NCBI GenBank assembly: GCA_033764335.1
Contig: JANRJC010000034.1
Coordinates: 20,899 to 84,898 of the forward strand
Origin: Bacteroidia bacterium
GTDB lineage: Bacteria > Bacteroidota > Bacteroidia > J057
Direction of reading: 5' to 3'
Length of the DNA stretch: 64,000 bases
Made by a program: the position numbers and the translations under genes. Positions 53,051-63,300 of this stretch are shown piece after piece; the first letter of the stretch is position 1, and the number at the start of each line of letters is the position of its first letter. The notes beneath the pieces are model-generated. The model was not told the DNA's origin and did not search any database. It saw nothing but the letters and a program-made list of their open reading frames with translations.

Positions 53051-55675
53051 ATGAAATCTTCAAAAAATATTCGAAAATCTTATCTTGAATTCTTTACCCA
53101 AAAAATACACCAGATTGTAAAATCTGCGCCAATAGTCATAAAAAACGACCCTACGCTGATGTTTACCAATGCCGGTATGAATCAGTTTAAGGATATATTT
53201 CTGGGTTTGAAAAATCCAAGCCATAAACGAGTGGCCGATACACAGAAGTGTTTGAGGGTTTCTGGCAAGCACAACGACCTCGAAGAAGTCGGTCACGACA
53301 CCTATCACCACACCATGTTTGAGATGTTAGGAAATTGGTCGTTTGGTGACTATTATAAAAAAGAAGCTATCGAATGGGCCTGGGAATTACTTACGAATGT
53401 CTTCGGAATTGAGCAAGACCGCCTTTATGTCACAGTTTTTGGGGGAGACAAAACCGACAACATCGCCCCCGATGAGGATGCAGAAAATGAATGGAAAAAA
53501 TGGATTTCTCCCGACCGTATCCTCCGTTTTGGCAAAAAAGACAACTTCTGGGAAATGGGCGACGTAGGCCCTTCCGGCCCCTGTTCTGAAATTCATGTGG
53601 ATATTCGACCCGATGAAGAACGCCAAAAAATCGCCGGAGCTACCCTCGTCAACAATGACCACCCCCAGGTCGTCGAAATCTGGAACCTCGTTTTTATCCA
53701 GTTTAACCGCATCGCCGACGGCTCGCTTCAAGAACTTCCCGACAAACATATAGACACAGGTATGGGCTTCGAACGTCTGTCCATGGTTCTTCAGGGCAAA
53801 CGTTCTACCTACGATACCGATATCTTTGACAATACCCGCGCTTTCCTTGAAAGAAAAACAGGGCTGGCCTATGTTTCCGCTACCGAAGCCCAACAGGTTG
53901 CCTTCCGTGTAGTGGTGGATCATATCCGCGCCATCGTCTTCACCATCGGCGATGGACAGATTCCTTCCAACACCGGAGCGGGTTATGTCATCCGTCGCAT
54001 TCTGCGACGCGCCTCGCGTTATGCCTTTTCTTATCTCAACCTCACCGAACCCTTCCTCCATGAAATGGTCCAAATCCTTGCCCAGGATTATAAAGGCGTT
54101 TTTGATGAAGTAGAGGCTCAAAAGGATTTTATCGCACGTATTATCCTTGAAGAAGAAAGGGGATTCCTCCGAAAACTCGAAAGTGGCTCTCACATGTTTG
54201 AAGATTATCTCCGCACTCATCCCGGTGCGGAAGATATTGACGGAGGTTTTGCCTTTAAACTTTACGATACCTACGGTTTTCCCATTGATCTCACCCGCCT
54301 CATGGCAAAAGAAAAAGGCCGCAATGTGGATATGGCTGGTTTTGAAAAAAATCTCGAAGCACAACAAAACCGAAGCCGGCAGGCTACCGAAATGACCGCC
54401 GGAGACTGGGTGATTGTAAAACCCTTCCAGGATTTGCCCCGATTCCTCGGCTATGACACCCTAAACCTCGAAACTTCCATTCTTCAATACCGCACCATCA
54501 AAACGCAGAGTAAATCGCTTTTTCAGATCGTACTCGAAGAAACCCCTTTTTACGGCGAAAGCGGTGGCCAAATCGGGGATAAAGGAACCCTTTCCAACGG
54601 AAAAGAAACCCTGCAAATCCTGGATACGAAAAAGGAAAACGAACTGATTGTCCATTTTGTGGATCGGCTCCCCAACGACCCTGCGGGTGCATGGATCGCT
54701 GCGGTTCAACCGGATTTCCGCGCGAAAGTAATGGCTAATCACTCCGCAACACACTTGCTACATGCAGCCCTCCGTAATATTCTGGGCACTCATGTAGAAC
54801 AACGAGGTTCGCTGGTTTCGGACAAACTTCTTCGTTTTGACTTTTCTCATTTTGCCAAAGTAACCGAAGAAGAACTGCTAAAAATAGAAAATCAGGTAAA
54901 CGCTAAAATTGCCGAAGGCATTCCACTCACCGAATACCGCAACAAACCCATAGAGGAAGCCAAAGCAATGGGAGCCATGGCATTATTCGGAGAAAAATAC
55001 GGAGACATGGTGCGTGTGATTGTCTTCGACCCTTCCTATAGTGTAGAACTTTGCGGAGGAACTCATGTGTCCAATACCCGCGAGGTAAGAATGTTTAAGC
55101 TGGTTTCCGAAGCCTCTGTTGCCGCCGGCATTCGCCGGGTGGAAGCCTATACAGCCGAAGGCGCATTCGCCTATCTCAACGAAAAAGCCACCATTCTTGA
55201 CCGTATCGCCGAAACCCTCAAATCGCCGGGTAACCCGGAAAAAGCGGTGGAAGAACTTCAAAACAAAACCCGCGAACTGGAAAAAGAACTCCAGCAGTTT
55301 CGGCTTGCACAGGTAAGCCGGTTAAAAGAGGATCTTCTTAAACTCTCTGAGTCGGTGGGCGGTATCAATCTGATCCGAAAAAAAGTAGAAGTATCCAATG
55401 CCGAAGATCTTAAACACCTTTCTTACGATTTGAAAAAGTCGGCACAAAATACACTCATCGTGCTCGGGGCGGTGATCAATGAAAAACCCCTGCTGAGCAT
55501 CATCATGACGGATGACCTCGCCGAAAGCAATAAATACCATGCAGGAGAAATGGTACGTACCCTCGCCCGGGAAATACAGGGCGGAGGAGGAGGGCAACCT
55601 TTTTACGCCACTGCCGGAGGCAAAAACCCCGAAGGTCTGGACAGTGCCCTGGCCAAAGTAACCGAACTCCTATAA
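53051..55675 (+). CDS. alaS: Alanine--tRNA ligase
   Basis: 874 aa. N-terminus IRKSYLEFFTQK.H..V.S.P, FTNAGMNQFK, class II core, editing-domain HSATHLLHAAL and CGGTHV, C-terminal DHHA1-like region. Confidence 0.97.
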   Translation: MKSSKNIRKSYLEFFTQKIHQIVKSAPIVIKNDPTLMFTNAGMNQFKDIFLGLKNPSHKRVADTQKCLRVSGKHNDLEEVGHDTYHHTMFEMLGNWSFGDYYKKEAIEWAWELLTNVFGIEQDRLYVTVFGGDKTDNIAPDEDAENEWKKWISPDRILRFGKKDNFWEMGDVGPSGPCSEIHVDIRPDEERQKIAGATLVNNDHPQVVEIWNLVFIQFNRIADGSLQELPDKHIDTGMGFERLSMVLQGKRSTYDTDIFDNTRAFLERKTGLAYVSATEAQQVAFRVVVDHIRAIVFTIGDGQIPSNTGAGYVIRRILRRASRYAFSYLNLTEPFLHEMVQILAQDYKGVFDEVEAQKDFIARIILEEERGFLRKLESGSHMFEDYLRTHPGAEDIDGGFAFKLYDTYGFPIDLTRLMAKEKGRNVDMAGFEKNLEAQQNRSRQATEMTAGDWVIVKPFQDLPRFLGYDTLNLETSILQYRTIKTQSKSLFQIVLEETPFYGESGGQIGDKGTLSNGKETLQILDTKKENELIVHFVDRLPNDPAGAWIAAVQPDFRAKVMANHSATHLLHAALRNILGTHVEQRGSLVSDKLLRFDFSHFAKVTEEELLKIENQVNAKIAEGIPLTEYRNKPIEEAKAMGAMALFGEKYGDMVRVIVFDPSYSVELCGGTHVSNTREVRMFKLVSEASVAAGIRRVEAYTAEGAFAYLNEKATILDRIAETLKSPGNPEKAVEELQNKTRELEKELQQFRLAQVSRLKEDLLKLSESVGGINLIRKKVEVSNAEDLKHLSYDLKKSAQNTLIVLGAVINEKPLLSIIMTDDLAESNKYHAGEMVRTLAREIQGGGGGQPFYATAGGKNPEGLDSALAKVTELL

Positions 55676-55705
55676 AAAACCGCCGCCGACCTCCGGGTCG
55701 GCGGC
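55674..55705 (-). terminator. GC-rich hairpin terminator between convergent genes (T-run on the minus strand)
   Basis: 10-bp stem gccgccgacc / ggtcggcggc (55682-55691 / 55696-55705) with loop tccg. The A-run at 55674-55679 gives a T-run for the minus-strand gene ending at 55711. It probably also stops alaS read-through. Confidence 0.8.
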
Positions 55706-55710
55706 AACTC

Positions 55711-56979
55711 TCATAGTCGAGTGTTGATGATATTGTTGTACATCGAACCAAAGGTATAACTCAACCCCATACCAAAGCCCATATTAAAATTGGTGGCGAG
55801 TTGCCTCTGCTGAAGCAAAATTTCTTCGAGCGTCGCGTCGCGACGGGGGAGGTTTATCTGATCCTGAACGAGATCCAGATTCGTCGAAACCCGGGCAGAA
55901 AGCCCTTTAAAAACCCTTACCGAAACATAGCTATCCAACTGAAGACTGCGTTTCGAAAAATCGTGCATATAATTCGAAGCTTCGAGCCGCGAAAAAATAT
56001 TCCCCCAGGTCTCATTAAACCGGGCGGTCAGGGCCATTGTCTGCCGAAACAAATGCTCCTGATTTTTTTCATAGATAGTCTGCTCCAAATAATTATTATA
56101 CACATAACCCATCTGGTACACCGCCGTCAGTTCCTTGCGGTTTACATCGGTATAGGGGAAAATGCTGTATTCAATAGCAGGCATCGAACTGGCAGTAAAG
56201 TCCAGATTCTGATAAGAATTATGAGCCAGATCGGTAAAAAAACCCGCCGACCAGTGATTGCTTATACTGCGCACAAGGCTTCCGCTAAAATAGTTCCGAT
56301 CCCTTACGCTGATAACTTCTTCGTTGTCAATGAAAAATTTATTTTTTAAATGATTCACTTCTCCATTGGTACGAACCCGCCACAGCTCCGTAACCCGGTC
56401 GGCGCGGAAGCCCAGTTCTCCATTTGCAGCACTTTTGCTGGTCTCTTTGCTAAAGTTGCCATCCCCGTATATGCTAAAAACCCAGTGATCCCAAGGATCA
56501 TGCTGCGGTTTTTCTTCTTTTGTTACCCGATTATTTACCGGTACCGATATTTTGATTTCATCGGCCAGGGGAGTATTTGCCAGAAAAAGCATAAGCCCGG
56601 CTTCGATGCGTTTGACCAAACCTTTTCGCACCAGATCGCTCGTTGAAGTAGGCAAAACCTCATACCGGATTTGGTGTTTGATATCGCCAAATTCATTATA
56701 GCCGGTAAAGTTCATTTCATAAATACCGCCACCACTCCCCGTAGTCATCCGGGTAATGAAAATCTGCACATCTGCCAGACTTTGATCCCGGACATAATCC
56801 ACATACGTAATTTCACTTTTAATGAAAGAATGATCACAGGAGGAACAATTCAGATAAACTTTAAGCCCACCATCCACAGTTGCGAGGATTGAGGTCGGGA
56901 AACCATACAAAAAGCAGAACAACGCGATCAGAAGCGAACCGGTTCTATTCGATTGGGGGAAAGGTAAATGGGAGAACAT
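55711..56979 (-). CDS. Hypothetical outer-membrane beta-barrel-like protein
   Basis: Signal peptide (GSLLIALFCFLYGFPTSILA). The sequence is rich in alternating aromatic/polar strand-like segments and ends ...GLSYTFGSMYNNIINTRL. No family assigned. Confidence 0.5.
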   Translation of the reverse strand: MFSHLPFPQSNRTGSLLIALFCFLYGFPTSILATVDGGLKVYLNCSSCDHSFIKSEITYVDYVRDQSLADVQIFITRMTTGSGGGIYEMNFTGYNEFGDIKHQIRYEVLPTSTSDLVRKGLVKRIEAGLMLFLANTPLADEIKISVPVNNRVTKEEKPQHDPWDHWVFSIYGDGNFSKETSKSAANGELGFRADRVTELWRVRTNGEVNHLKNKFFIDNEEVISVRDRNYFSGSLVRSISNHWSAGFFTDLAHNSYQNLDFTASSMPAIEYSIFPYTDVNRKELTAVYQMGYVYNNYLEQTIYEKNQEHLFRQTMALTARFNETWGNIFSRLEASNYMHDFSKRSLQLDSYVSVRVFKGLSARVSTNLDLVQDQINLPRRDATLEEILLQQRQLATNFNMGFGMGLSYTFGSMYNNIINTRL

Positions 56980-57260
56980 GGGAATTATTTTTGTAAAAGT
57001 GGAAAATTATCGTCACAGTTTCAACGCGAAAAGGATTTCCCTTTTGTGAGTTTTCTAAAAAAATACTTTCTTTTTTACCAAAATATTAATTTTCCCTCAT
57101 TGGGGATTACCTTCCAAAGAGTCATTTTTTCCTTTTCCGGTTGCATGTTTTTACCCGTTTGAATAATGATAAATATCATCTGGAGGAAAGAGATAACGTA
57201 TTTTCATTGTAGAGGGGGTTTCTCAACTTGGGGTTGACTTCAGCATTTAATCCCAAAGCA

Positions 57261-58505
57261 ATGAAAAGGCTATTAATACTTGGCGCGGGAACAGCAGGGA
57301 CGATGATGGCGAATCATCTCAGGCACAAACTTCCCGAAGCGGAATGGGAAATCACCATGGTAGATCAGGAGAAAAACCACTATTACCAGCCGGGTTTCTT
57401 GTTTCTGGCCCTCGACATTTACACTCCGGAGATGGTTCACAAACCCATCGAAAAACCGCTTCCCCCCAACGTATCCCTCATACGGGAGAAAATCGAAAAG
57501 ATTTTGCCCAATGAAAATCAGATCCAACTGGGAAACGGTGATACAGTCCCTTACGATATCCTAATCATTGCTACGGGTACAAAAATCACCCCTTCTCAGA
57601 CAGAGGGAATGTTAGGAAAACATTGGCACAAAGAGGTATTTGATTTTTACACATACGAAGGAGCTTTGGCGCTTCGAAACAAACTGAGGGAATGGAAAGG
57701 AGGAAAACTCGTTATCCATATTTGTGAAATGCCCATAAAATGCCCCGTAGCTCCGCTCGAATTTGCTTTCCTAGCCGACAGCTATTTTATCGGAAAAGAA
57801 ATGCGGGAGAAAGTGGACATTTCCTATGTAACCCCCCTTTCCGGAGCATTTACCAAACCCAAAGCCACAAAAGCACTTAACTACCTGCTGGAAGAAAAAA
57901 ACATTCACATCGTACCCGACTTCAACATTGAGCATGTGGACGGCGAAAACCGAAAAATCGTTGACTATGCAGGCGAAGAAGTAGCCTATGACCTGCTGGT
58001 TACGATCCCGGTAAACATGGGAGATGAACTTATGGCCCGCTCCGGAATCGGAGACGAAATGAATTTTGTGCCGACCCACAAAAACACATTGCAGACACTT
58101 GTTCGCGAAAACATCTTCGCTATTGGCGACGCCACTAATATCCCTACTTCCAAAGCAGGCTCTGTTGCCCACTTCGAAGCGGAAATTCTCACGGAAAACA
58201 TTTTACGCTATATCAAGGGTGAACCTTTGAAGGACGAGTTTGATGGCCACGCCAACTGTTTTATTGAAACCGGTCACAATAAGGCCCTCTTGATAGACTT
58301 CAACTATACTCAGGAGCCGGTAGAAGGCGTATTTCCCTTCCCCGGAGTGGGGCCGCTCAAACTCCTTAAAGAAAGCAAACTCAACCATGTTGGAAAAATG
58401 GCTTTCCGCTGGGTTTACTGGAATATGCTGCTCAAAGGCAGACCGATACCTTTTATTTCAGCGACCATGCAGGAAGCCGGAAAACACTTAGAAATAACCG
58501 AATAA
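57261..58505 (+). CDS. FAD-dependent pyridine-nucleotide-disulfide oxidoreductase, sulfide:quinone oxidoreductase (SQR)-like
   Basis: Rossmann LILGAGTAGTMMANHL, YQPGFLF, conserved-looking Cys contexts PIKCPVAPLEF and HANCFIETG, GDATNIPTSKAG. The ATG at 57261 (MKRLLILG) is preferred. Confidence 0.7.
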   Translation: MKRLLILGAGTAGTMMANHLRHKLPEAEWEITMVDQEKNHYYQPGFLFLALDIYTPEMVHKPIEKPLPPNVSLIREKIEKILPNENQIQLGNGDTVPYDILIIATGTKITPSQTEGMLGKHWHKEVFDFYTYEGALALRNKLREWKGGKLVIHICEMPIKCPVAPLEFAFLADSYFIGKEMREKVDISYVTPLSGAFTKPKATKALNYLLEEKNIHIVPDFNIEHVDGENRKIVDYAGEEVAYDLLVTIPVNMGDELMARSGIGDEMNFVPTHKNTLQTLVRENIFAIGDATNIPTSKAGSVAHFEAEILTENILRYIKGEPLKDEFDGHANCFIETGHNKALLIDFNYTQEPVEGVFPFPGVGPLKLLKESKLNHVGKMAFRWVYWNMLLKGRPIPFISATMQEAGKHLEITE

Positions 58506-58537
58506 TCTTTCATTTTTCACCTTTCACTTTTCAGATC

Positions 58538-58846
58538 ATGGAAAAAATAATCGTAGGAAACCCTGTAAATGTCAATGAAGAAGGTTATTTAACCAACTTC
58601 TCCCAGTGGAACCGGTCTGTGGGTGAATCCATCGCCCGCGAAGAGGGAATCGAGCTTACCGAAGAACACTGGAAAGTGCTTTCGTACCTTCAGGATCAGC
58701 ACAAACAAAACGTTCCTCTTTCGATCCGGAAAATAGGCAATAGCGGTGTAGTATCCATTAAAGATTTCTATCGGCTATTTCCGAAAGGCCCGTTGAAAAT
58801 TTCGAGTAAAATCGCCGGCATTCCCAAACCGGCCAGTTGTATCTAA
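58538..58846 (+). CDS. TusE/DsrC/DsvC-family sulfur-relay protein (single C-terminal Cys type)
   Basis: 102 aa. EEGYLTNFSQWN, HWKVLSYLQDQHKQ, and a C-terminal arm ...IAGIPKPASCI with the penultimate Cys characteristic of the family. Confidence 0.8.
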   Translation: MEKIIVGNPVNVNEEGYLTNFSQWNRSVGESIAREEGIELTEEHWKVLSYLQDQHKQNVPLSIRKIGNSGVVSIKDFYRLFPKGPLKISSKIAGIPKPASCI

Positions 58847-58876
58847 ACTTACGGTAAAAACTTAACGCTATTCACG

Positions 58877-59362
58877 ATGAATACGGAAAATAATGCTCCG
58901 GTAAAAAAAATGCTTTTGATCCTTTCGAAAGCTACCCTTGAAAATGTGTATGCCTGCTTTGTATTGGCCAATGGCGCACGCATGGAGGGAATTGAAGCCG
59001 AAATATTCTTCACCTTTTTTGGCCTCGAAGCCGTCAATAAAAAAAGGATGAATCATCTTCATGTAGCCACTGTCGGAAACCCCGCTATGCACATCCCGAC
59101 CATGGTCGGCGGTCTGCCGGGCATGGAGGCACTGGCAACTACTATGATGAAAAAAGAAATGGAAAAGCTGGACATGCCCGAAGTGGAAGAATTTCTCTAC
59201 ATCCTTTCCGCATCTGGAGTAAAACTATGGGCCTGCAAACTTGCGATGGAAATGTTCCACCTGGAAAAAGAAGACATTTTTGATGAAATGGATGGAGTGC
59301 TTACCGTCGGGGGATTTTACGAAAGAGCCGCCGGAGAGGGCACACATTTGCTTTTTATCTAA
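58877..59362 (+). CDS. DsrE/DsrF-like sulfur-relay family protein
   Basis: 161 aa. KMLLILSKATLENVYACFVLANGA...EIFFTFFGL ... LWACKLAMEMF ... THLLFI. The pattern resembles DsrE/DsrF/DsrH-fold proteins. Context is next to a TusE/DsrC homologue. Confidence 0.65.
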   Translation: MNTENNAPVKKMLLILSKATLENVYACFVLANGARMEGIEAEIFFTFFGLEAVNKKRMNHLHVATVGNPAMHIPTMVGGLPGMEALATTMMKKEMEKLDMPEVEEFLYILSASGVKLWACKLAMEMFHLEKEDIFDEMDGVLTVGGFYERAAGEGTHLLFI

Positions 59363-59403
59363 TTGGGGTATGAAACTACTTTAGAAAATAAGTTAATCGA
59401 AAA

Positions 59404-59486
59404 ATTCGTTTGCATTCGTGTATTCGTGGCTTAGATCAACGAGTTTACAGATAAAATGACCACGAATACACGAATGATAGACGAAT
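59404..59486. repeat. Large inverted repeat built from ATTCGT(G) heptamers (17-bp perfect arms, 30-nt spacer) between convergent genes
   Basis: Arms cattcgtgtattcgtgg (59413-59429) and ccacgaatacacgaatg (59460-59476). Additional attcgt (59404-09) and acgaat (59481-86) copies flank them symmetrically. Confidence 0.85.
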
Positions 59487-59498
59487 CACCGCTATCAC

Positions 59499-60245
59499 TT
59501 ATTTATTTTTGATTCTCCATTCCGACTGGATTTGGGTCAATTCTGCCTCAATCCATGTTCTTACCTCGGAAAGGAGTTTTTCTCCGTCGGTATTTGTCAT
59601 CACCGTACCAAACACAATTTTTACTTTGGAGCTTTTTTTCCCAAAGGTTTTGATAAAATGGGGGATGAAGGTGTCTTTTCCCACCCAGGCATCTTCAGGG
59701 TCTTCGTATTCAATGGCAACCGGTATGACCGGAATGTTGCCCTCCGCGGCGGCGAAAAACATGCCGGGGTTAAACACCCCCAATTCGGGTGTTTTATAGG
59801 TGGTGCCTTCCGGAAATACTACCACCGAATACCCCTGCGCCAGGCGAGTTTTTATGTCCTCCCGTGTTTGGCGACGGCTGTCTTTATTGTTACGATCCAC
59901 AAAAATGGTTCCTACCACTGCTGCCCCGAGACCAATCAACGGCCATCGGCGAACCTCTGCTTTAGCCACAAAACAGGCGGCCTTTACAAAATTGGGGAAA
60001 AAGATGATGTCTATATAGGATCGGTGATTGGGCATAATCAGCGCAGCCTGGGTAGGAATCTGCCCTTTCAGTTCCACCTCAATTCCCATAAATGCCAGGG
60101 TATGGCTGGCCCACTTACGCAGATGAATTAATACAGCTTCGGGGTTTCCCGGATACATGCGGCTATGGATAATAGCCAACGTCAACCTCAAAATGACGAT
60201 ACCGATAAATAACAACAAACGAGAAATAGCGCGGAAGAAGCTCAT
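59499..60245 (-). CDS. 1-acyl-sn-glycerol-3-phosphate acyltransferase (PlsC family)
   Basis: N-terminal TM, HX4D motif (MPNHRSYIDIIF), FPEGT motif (VVVFPEGTTYK), VIPVAIEY. The ATG at 60245 (MSFFRAISRL) is preferred. Confidence 0.8.
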   Translation of the reverse strand: MSFFRAISRLLLFIGIVILRLTLAIIHSRMYPGNPEAVLIHLRKWASHTLAFMGIEVELKGQIPTQAALIMPNHRSYIDIIFFPNFVKAACFVAKAEVRRWPLIGLGAAVVGTIFVDRNNKDSRRQTREDIKTRLAQGYSVVVFPEGTTYKTPELGVFNPGMFFAAAEGNIPVIPVAIEYEDPEDAWVGKDTFIPHFIKTFGKKSSKVKIVFGTVMTNTDGEKLLSEVRTWIEAELTQIQSEWRIKNK

Positions 60246-60329
60246 GCGGCAAATATAAAAATAACAAAACAGTACATGATGCCCTTTGCATAAGGGCTGT
60301 GTAATTTTGGGCTGCAAATTCCGAAATTT

Positions 60330-63300
60330 ATGAAACATTTTACCTATGGGTTGCTGCTATTTCTGATACTCTCACTTGGAATGGGTTGTGGAGAGAAAGG
60401 AAGTTTCACCCGCAAAGAAAAATCACTGCTCCTGGTTTCCAATGAGGAAGTAATGCTTCCCCAAAGTTTTATCGCTGCTTTGAATGATATAAAGGTTGAT
60501 ACAACCCGTAACCTCTCTTTGCTCAATGAAGAAAATCTCCGCAATTATAGCGGTATCGTGTTTTTTAATTATAACCCCGACACAATAGCTGTCCAGGCAC
60601 AGTCTGATATAGAACGTTATGTGCAAGCGGGAGGAGGATTGCTGGCAATCAATTCTCCGACTTCCAGTCCTTATTACTGGGCGTGGTACCACCGTATTTT
60701 TTCGTCCGATACCACACACTCATCCGTAATACCGGTAAGCAATACCAGCGGAAATAATGCGGCCATTTCCCAAATCCTTTACGATGGGGGCAAAGTAGCC
60801 CTTGTCAATTTTGCGCTTCCAGAAATCAAACCCGAAGACTGGGCACAGGCTATAAGTTTTATCATCGGAAAAAATACCTGGAGCCCATCGAAAATCCATT
60901 CTCCCCGCGCACCCTCGTGGAGCCGTTTTACCAAAGTGGTGCTTGATGGTTATGACGTGGACGAACCGATGGAACTGGCAGTTTTGCCGGATGGAAAAGT
61001 CATTTACATCGAACGCAAGGGTAAAATGAAACTGTACGACCCGGCTTTGGGTAAATCTAAGCTCCTTGCGAAGTTTGATGTATGTACCGAAGGTAACTAC
61101 GAGGACGGGCTGCTGGGTCTTACCATTGATCCTGAATTTGAAGACAATCATTTGATCTACCTCTATTATTCCCCACCGTGTGAAATCAAAGAACAATACC
61201 TTTCGCAGTTTTATCTGCATCATGATTCGCTGATCCTCGCTTCGGAAAAGGTCATTCTTAAAGTGGCCGTTCAGCGCGAAACTTGTTGCCACTCTGGCGG
61301 ATCCGTGAAATTTGGTCCCGACGGGAATCTTTACCTTTCCACCGGAGACAATACGAGCAGCAAAGAATCCGACGGTTATACCCCCATTGACGAGCGGCCC
61401 GGAAGATACCCCTACGACGCGCAGAAATCCTCGGCAAATACCCACGACCTGCGCGGAAAAATTCTCCGCATAAAACCCACTGCTTACGGAACCTATCAGA
61501 TTCCCGATGGAAACCTTTTTCCCAAAGATGGTTCTCAGGGCAGACCCGAAATTTATATCATGGGAGCGAGAAACCCTTTTCGTATTGCCATTGACCCCAA
61601 AACTCATTACCTCTACTGGGGAGATGTCGGCCCCGATGTGGGGGAAAACGGAAGATATGGTCCCGAAAGTTTTGACGAATGGAATCAGGCAAAAAAACCG
61701 GGTTACTACGGCTGGCCCTATTTTGTAGGTGACAACAAAGCCTATCCCGACCGCAATTTTGAGTCGGATGAGGTGGGTGAATTGTTTAACCCCGAACGCC
61801 CCCTAAATAATTCTCCCCACAATACCGGAGTACAACTATTGCCGCCGGCTCAAAAAGCTTATATCTGGTATCCCAAAGGCATTTCTCCCGAATTCCCCAT
61901 GCTCGGAAAAGGCTCCAACAGCGCGATGGCGGGACCGATTTATTATCAGGAGCTTTTCCCCGAAAATTCCCGCGTCCGTTTTCCGGAATACTACAACGGA
62001 AAGTTTTTTATTTATGAATGGGCAAGAAGCTGGATAAAAGTAGTTACGATGGACCCAAACGGGAATGTTACCCAGATCGAACCCTTTCTTCCGGAAGAAG
62101 AATTTGTCAAACCCATCGAAATGGAATTTGGCCCCGACGGTGCTTTGTATATGCTGGAATATGGGCAAAATTATTTTCTCAAAAACCCGGAGGCAAGGCT
62201 TGTAAGAATTGAATACGCTGCAGGCAATCGCCTCCCCGTGCCCAAAATAACCGCCGACAAAAAAGCAGGCGCGGCACCGATGACGGTGAGCTTCTCCGCG
62301 GAAGGTTCGCGAGACTATGACGAAGGCGACAGTCTCCGCTACGCCTGGTATTTTACCGGAACCCGCCCGCAGGCCAACGGCAAACAGGTTTCTTATACCT
62401 TCGAAAAACCCGGAATTTACCCCGTAAAGATGGTAGCAACGGATATGGCCGGAGAAAGTGAAGAAGTTACGCTTTCGATTCAGGTAGGCAACCAGCCTCC
62501 CGAAATTGATATTCAAGTCGCCGGCAACCAGCAGTTTTTCTTTGACACACAACCCCGCCCCTATCAGGTATCGGTAAGTGATAAAGAAGAGGGAACCATT
62601 GACCCCACAAAAGCTATGATAAGACTGGTTTATATCCGCGACGGCAACGATCTCGAAGTCGCCCTCGGAGGCAGTAGCCCCGTCTCCGCTTCGCTGCGGT
62701 TTGTCAAAGGACAACAACTTATCCAGGCCAGCGACTGCAAGTCTTGTCATGATATGGACAAATCTTCCGTAGGCCCCAGCTATCTTAAAATAGCCGAAAA
62801 GTATGAAGCGTCCTCCGAAAATATCAACCTCCTTGCAGAGAAAATCCTATCCGGAGGCAACGGAGTATGGGGGGAAAAAATCATGGCCGGCCACCCGCAG
62901 CATACCCTCGAAGAAACCCGGGAAATGACCCGCTATATTCTTTCCCTCGGAAAAGCCGAAACCAATCTTCCCTCTCAGGGTTTGCTCTCTTTGGATAAAC
63001 ACGAGGCCGACGAAACCGGAGCCTATCTGTTTTCCGTCACTTACTCCGACAAAGGTGCCAACGGCATTACCTCGCTCAGCACCCGCAAAAACTTCATCCT
63101 CAAAGCCCCCTATCTTAGCCCCGATGATGCCGATGAAAAGGATAAAATCGGCTTAAATCCCGATCAGGATAACCACAATAAAGTGATTGTCCGGTGGATG
63201 CGGGAAAATGCTTTCCTGCATTACAAACAAGTGGACATGACAGGGGTAAAATCCTTGTCTTTCCGCATCGCACCGGAAGCCGGAGGAACTATCACGATCC

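Noticed and set aside
53387-54367. 326-aa minus-strand ORF
   Set aside because: It lies entirely inside alaS on the opposite strand, and alaS is unambiguous.
60720-62750. Two long minus-strand ORFs (295 aa and 304 aa)
   Set aside because: Both are antisense to the 1058-aa PQQ-dehydrogenase/cytochrome c gene, whose motifs are clear. The antisense frames are R/G/F-rich noise.
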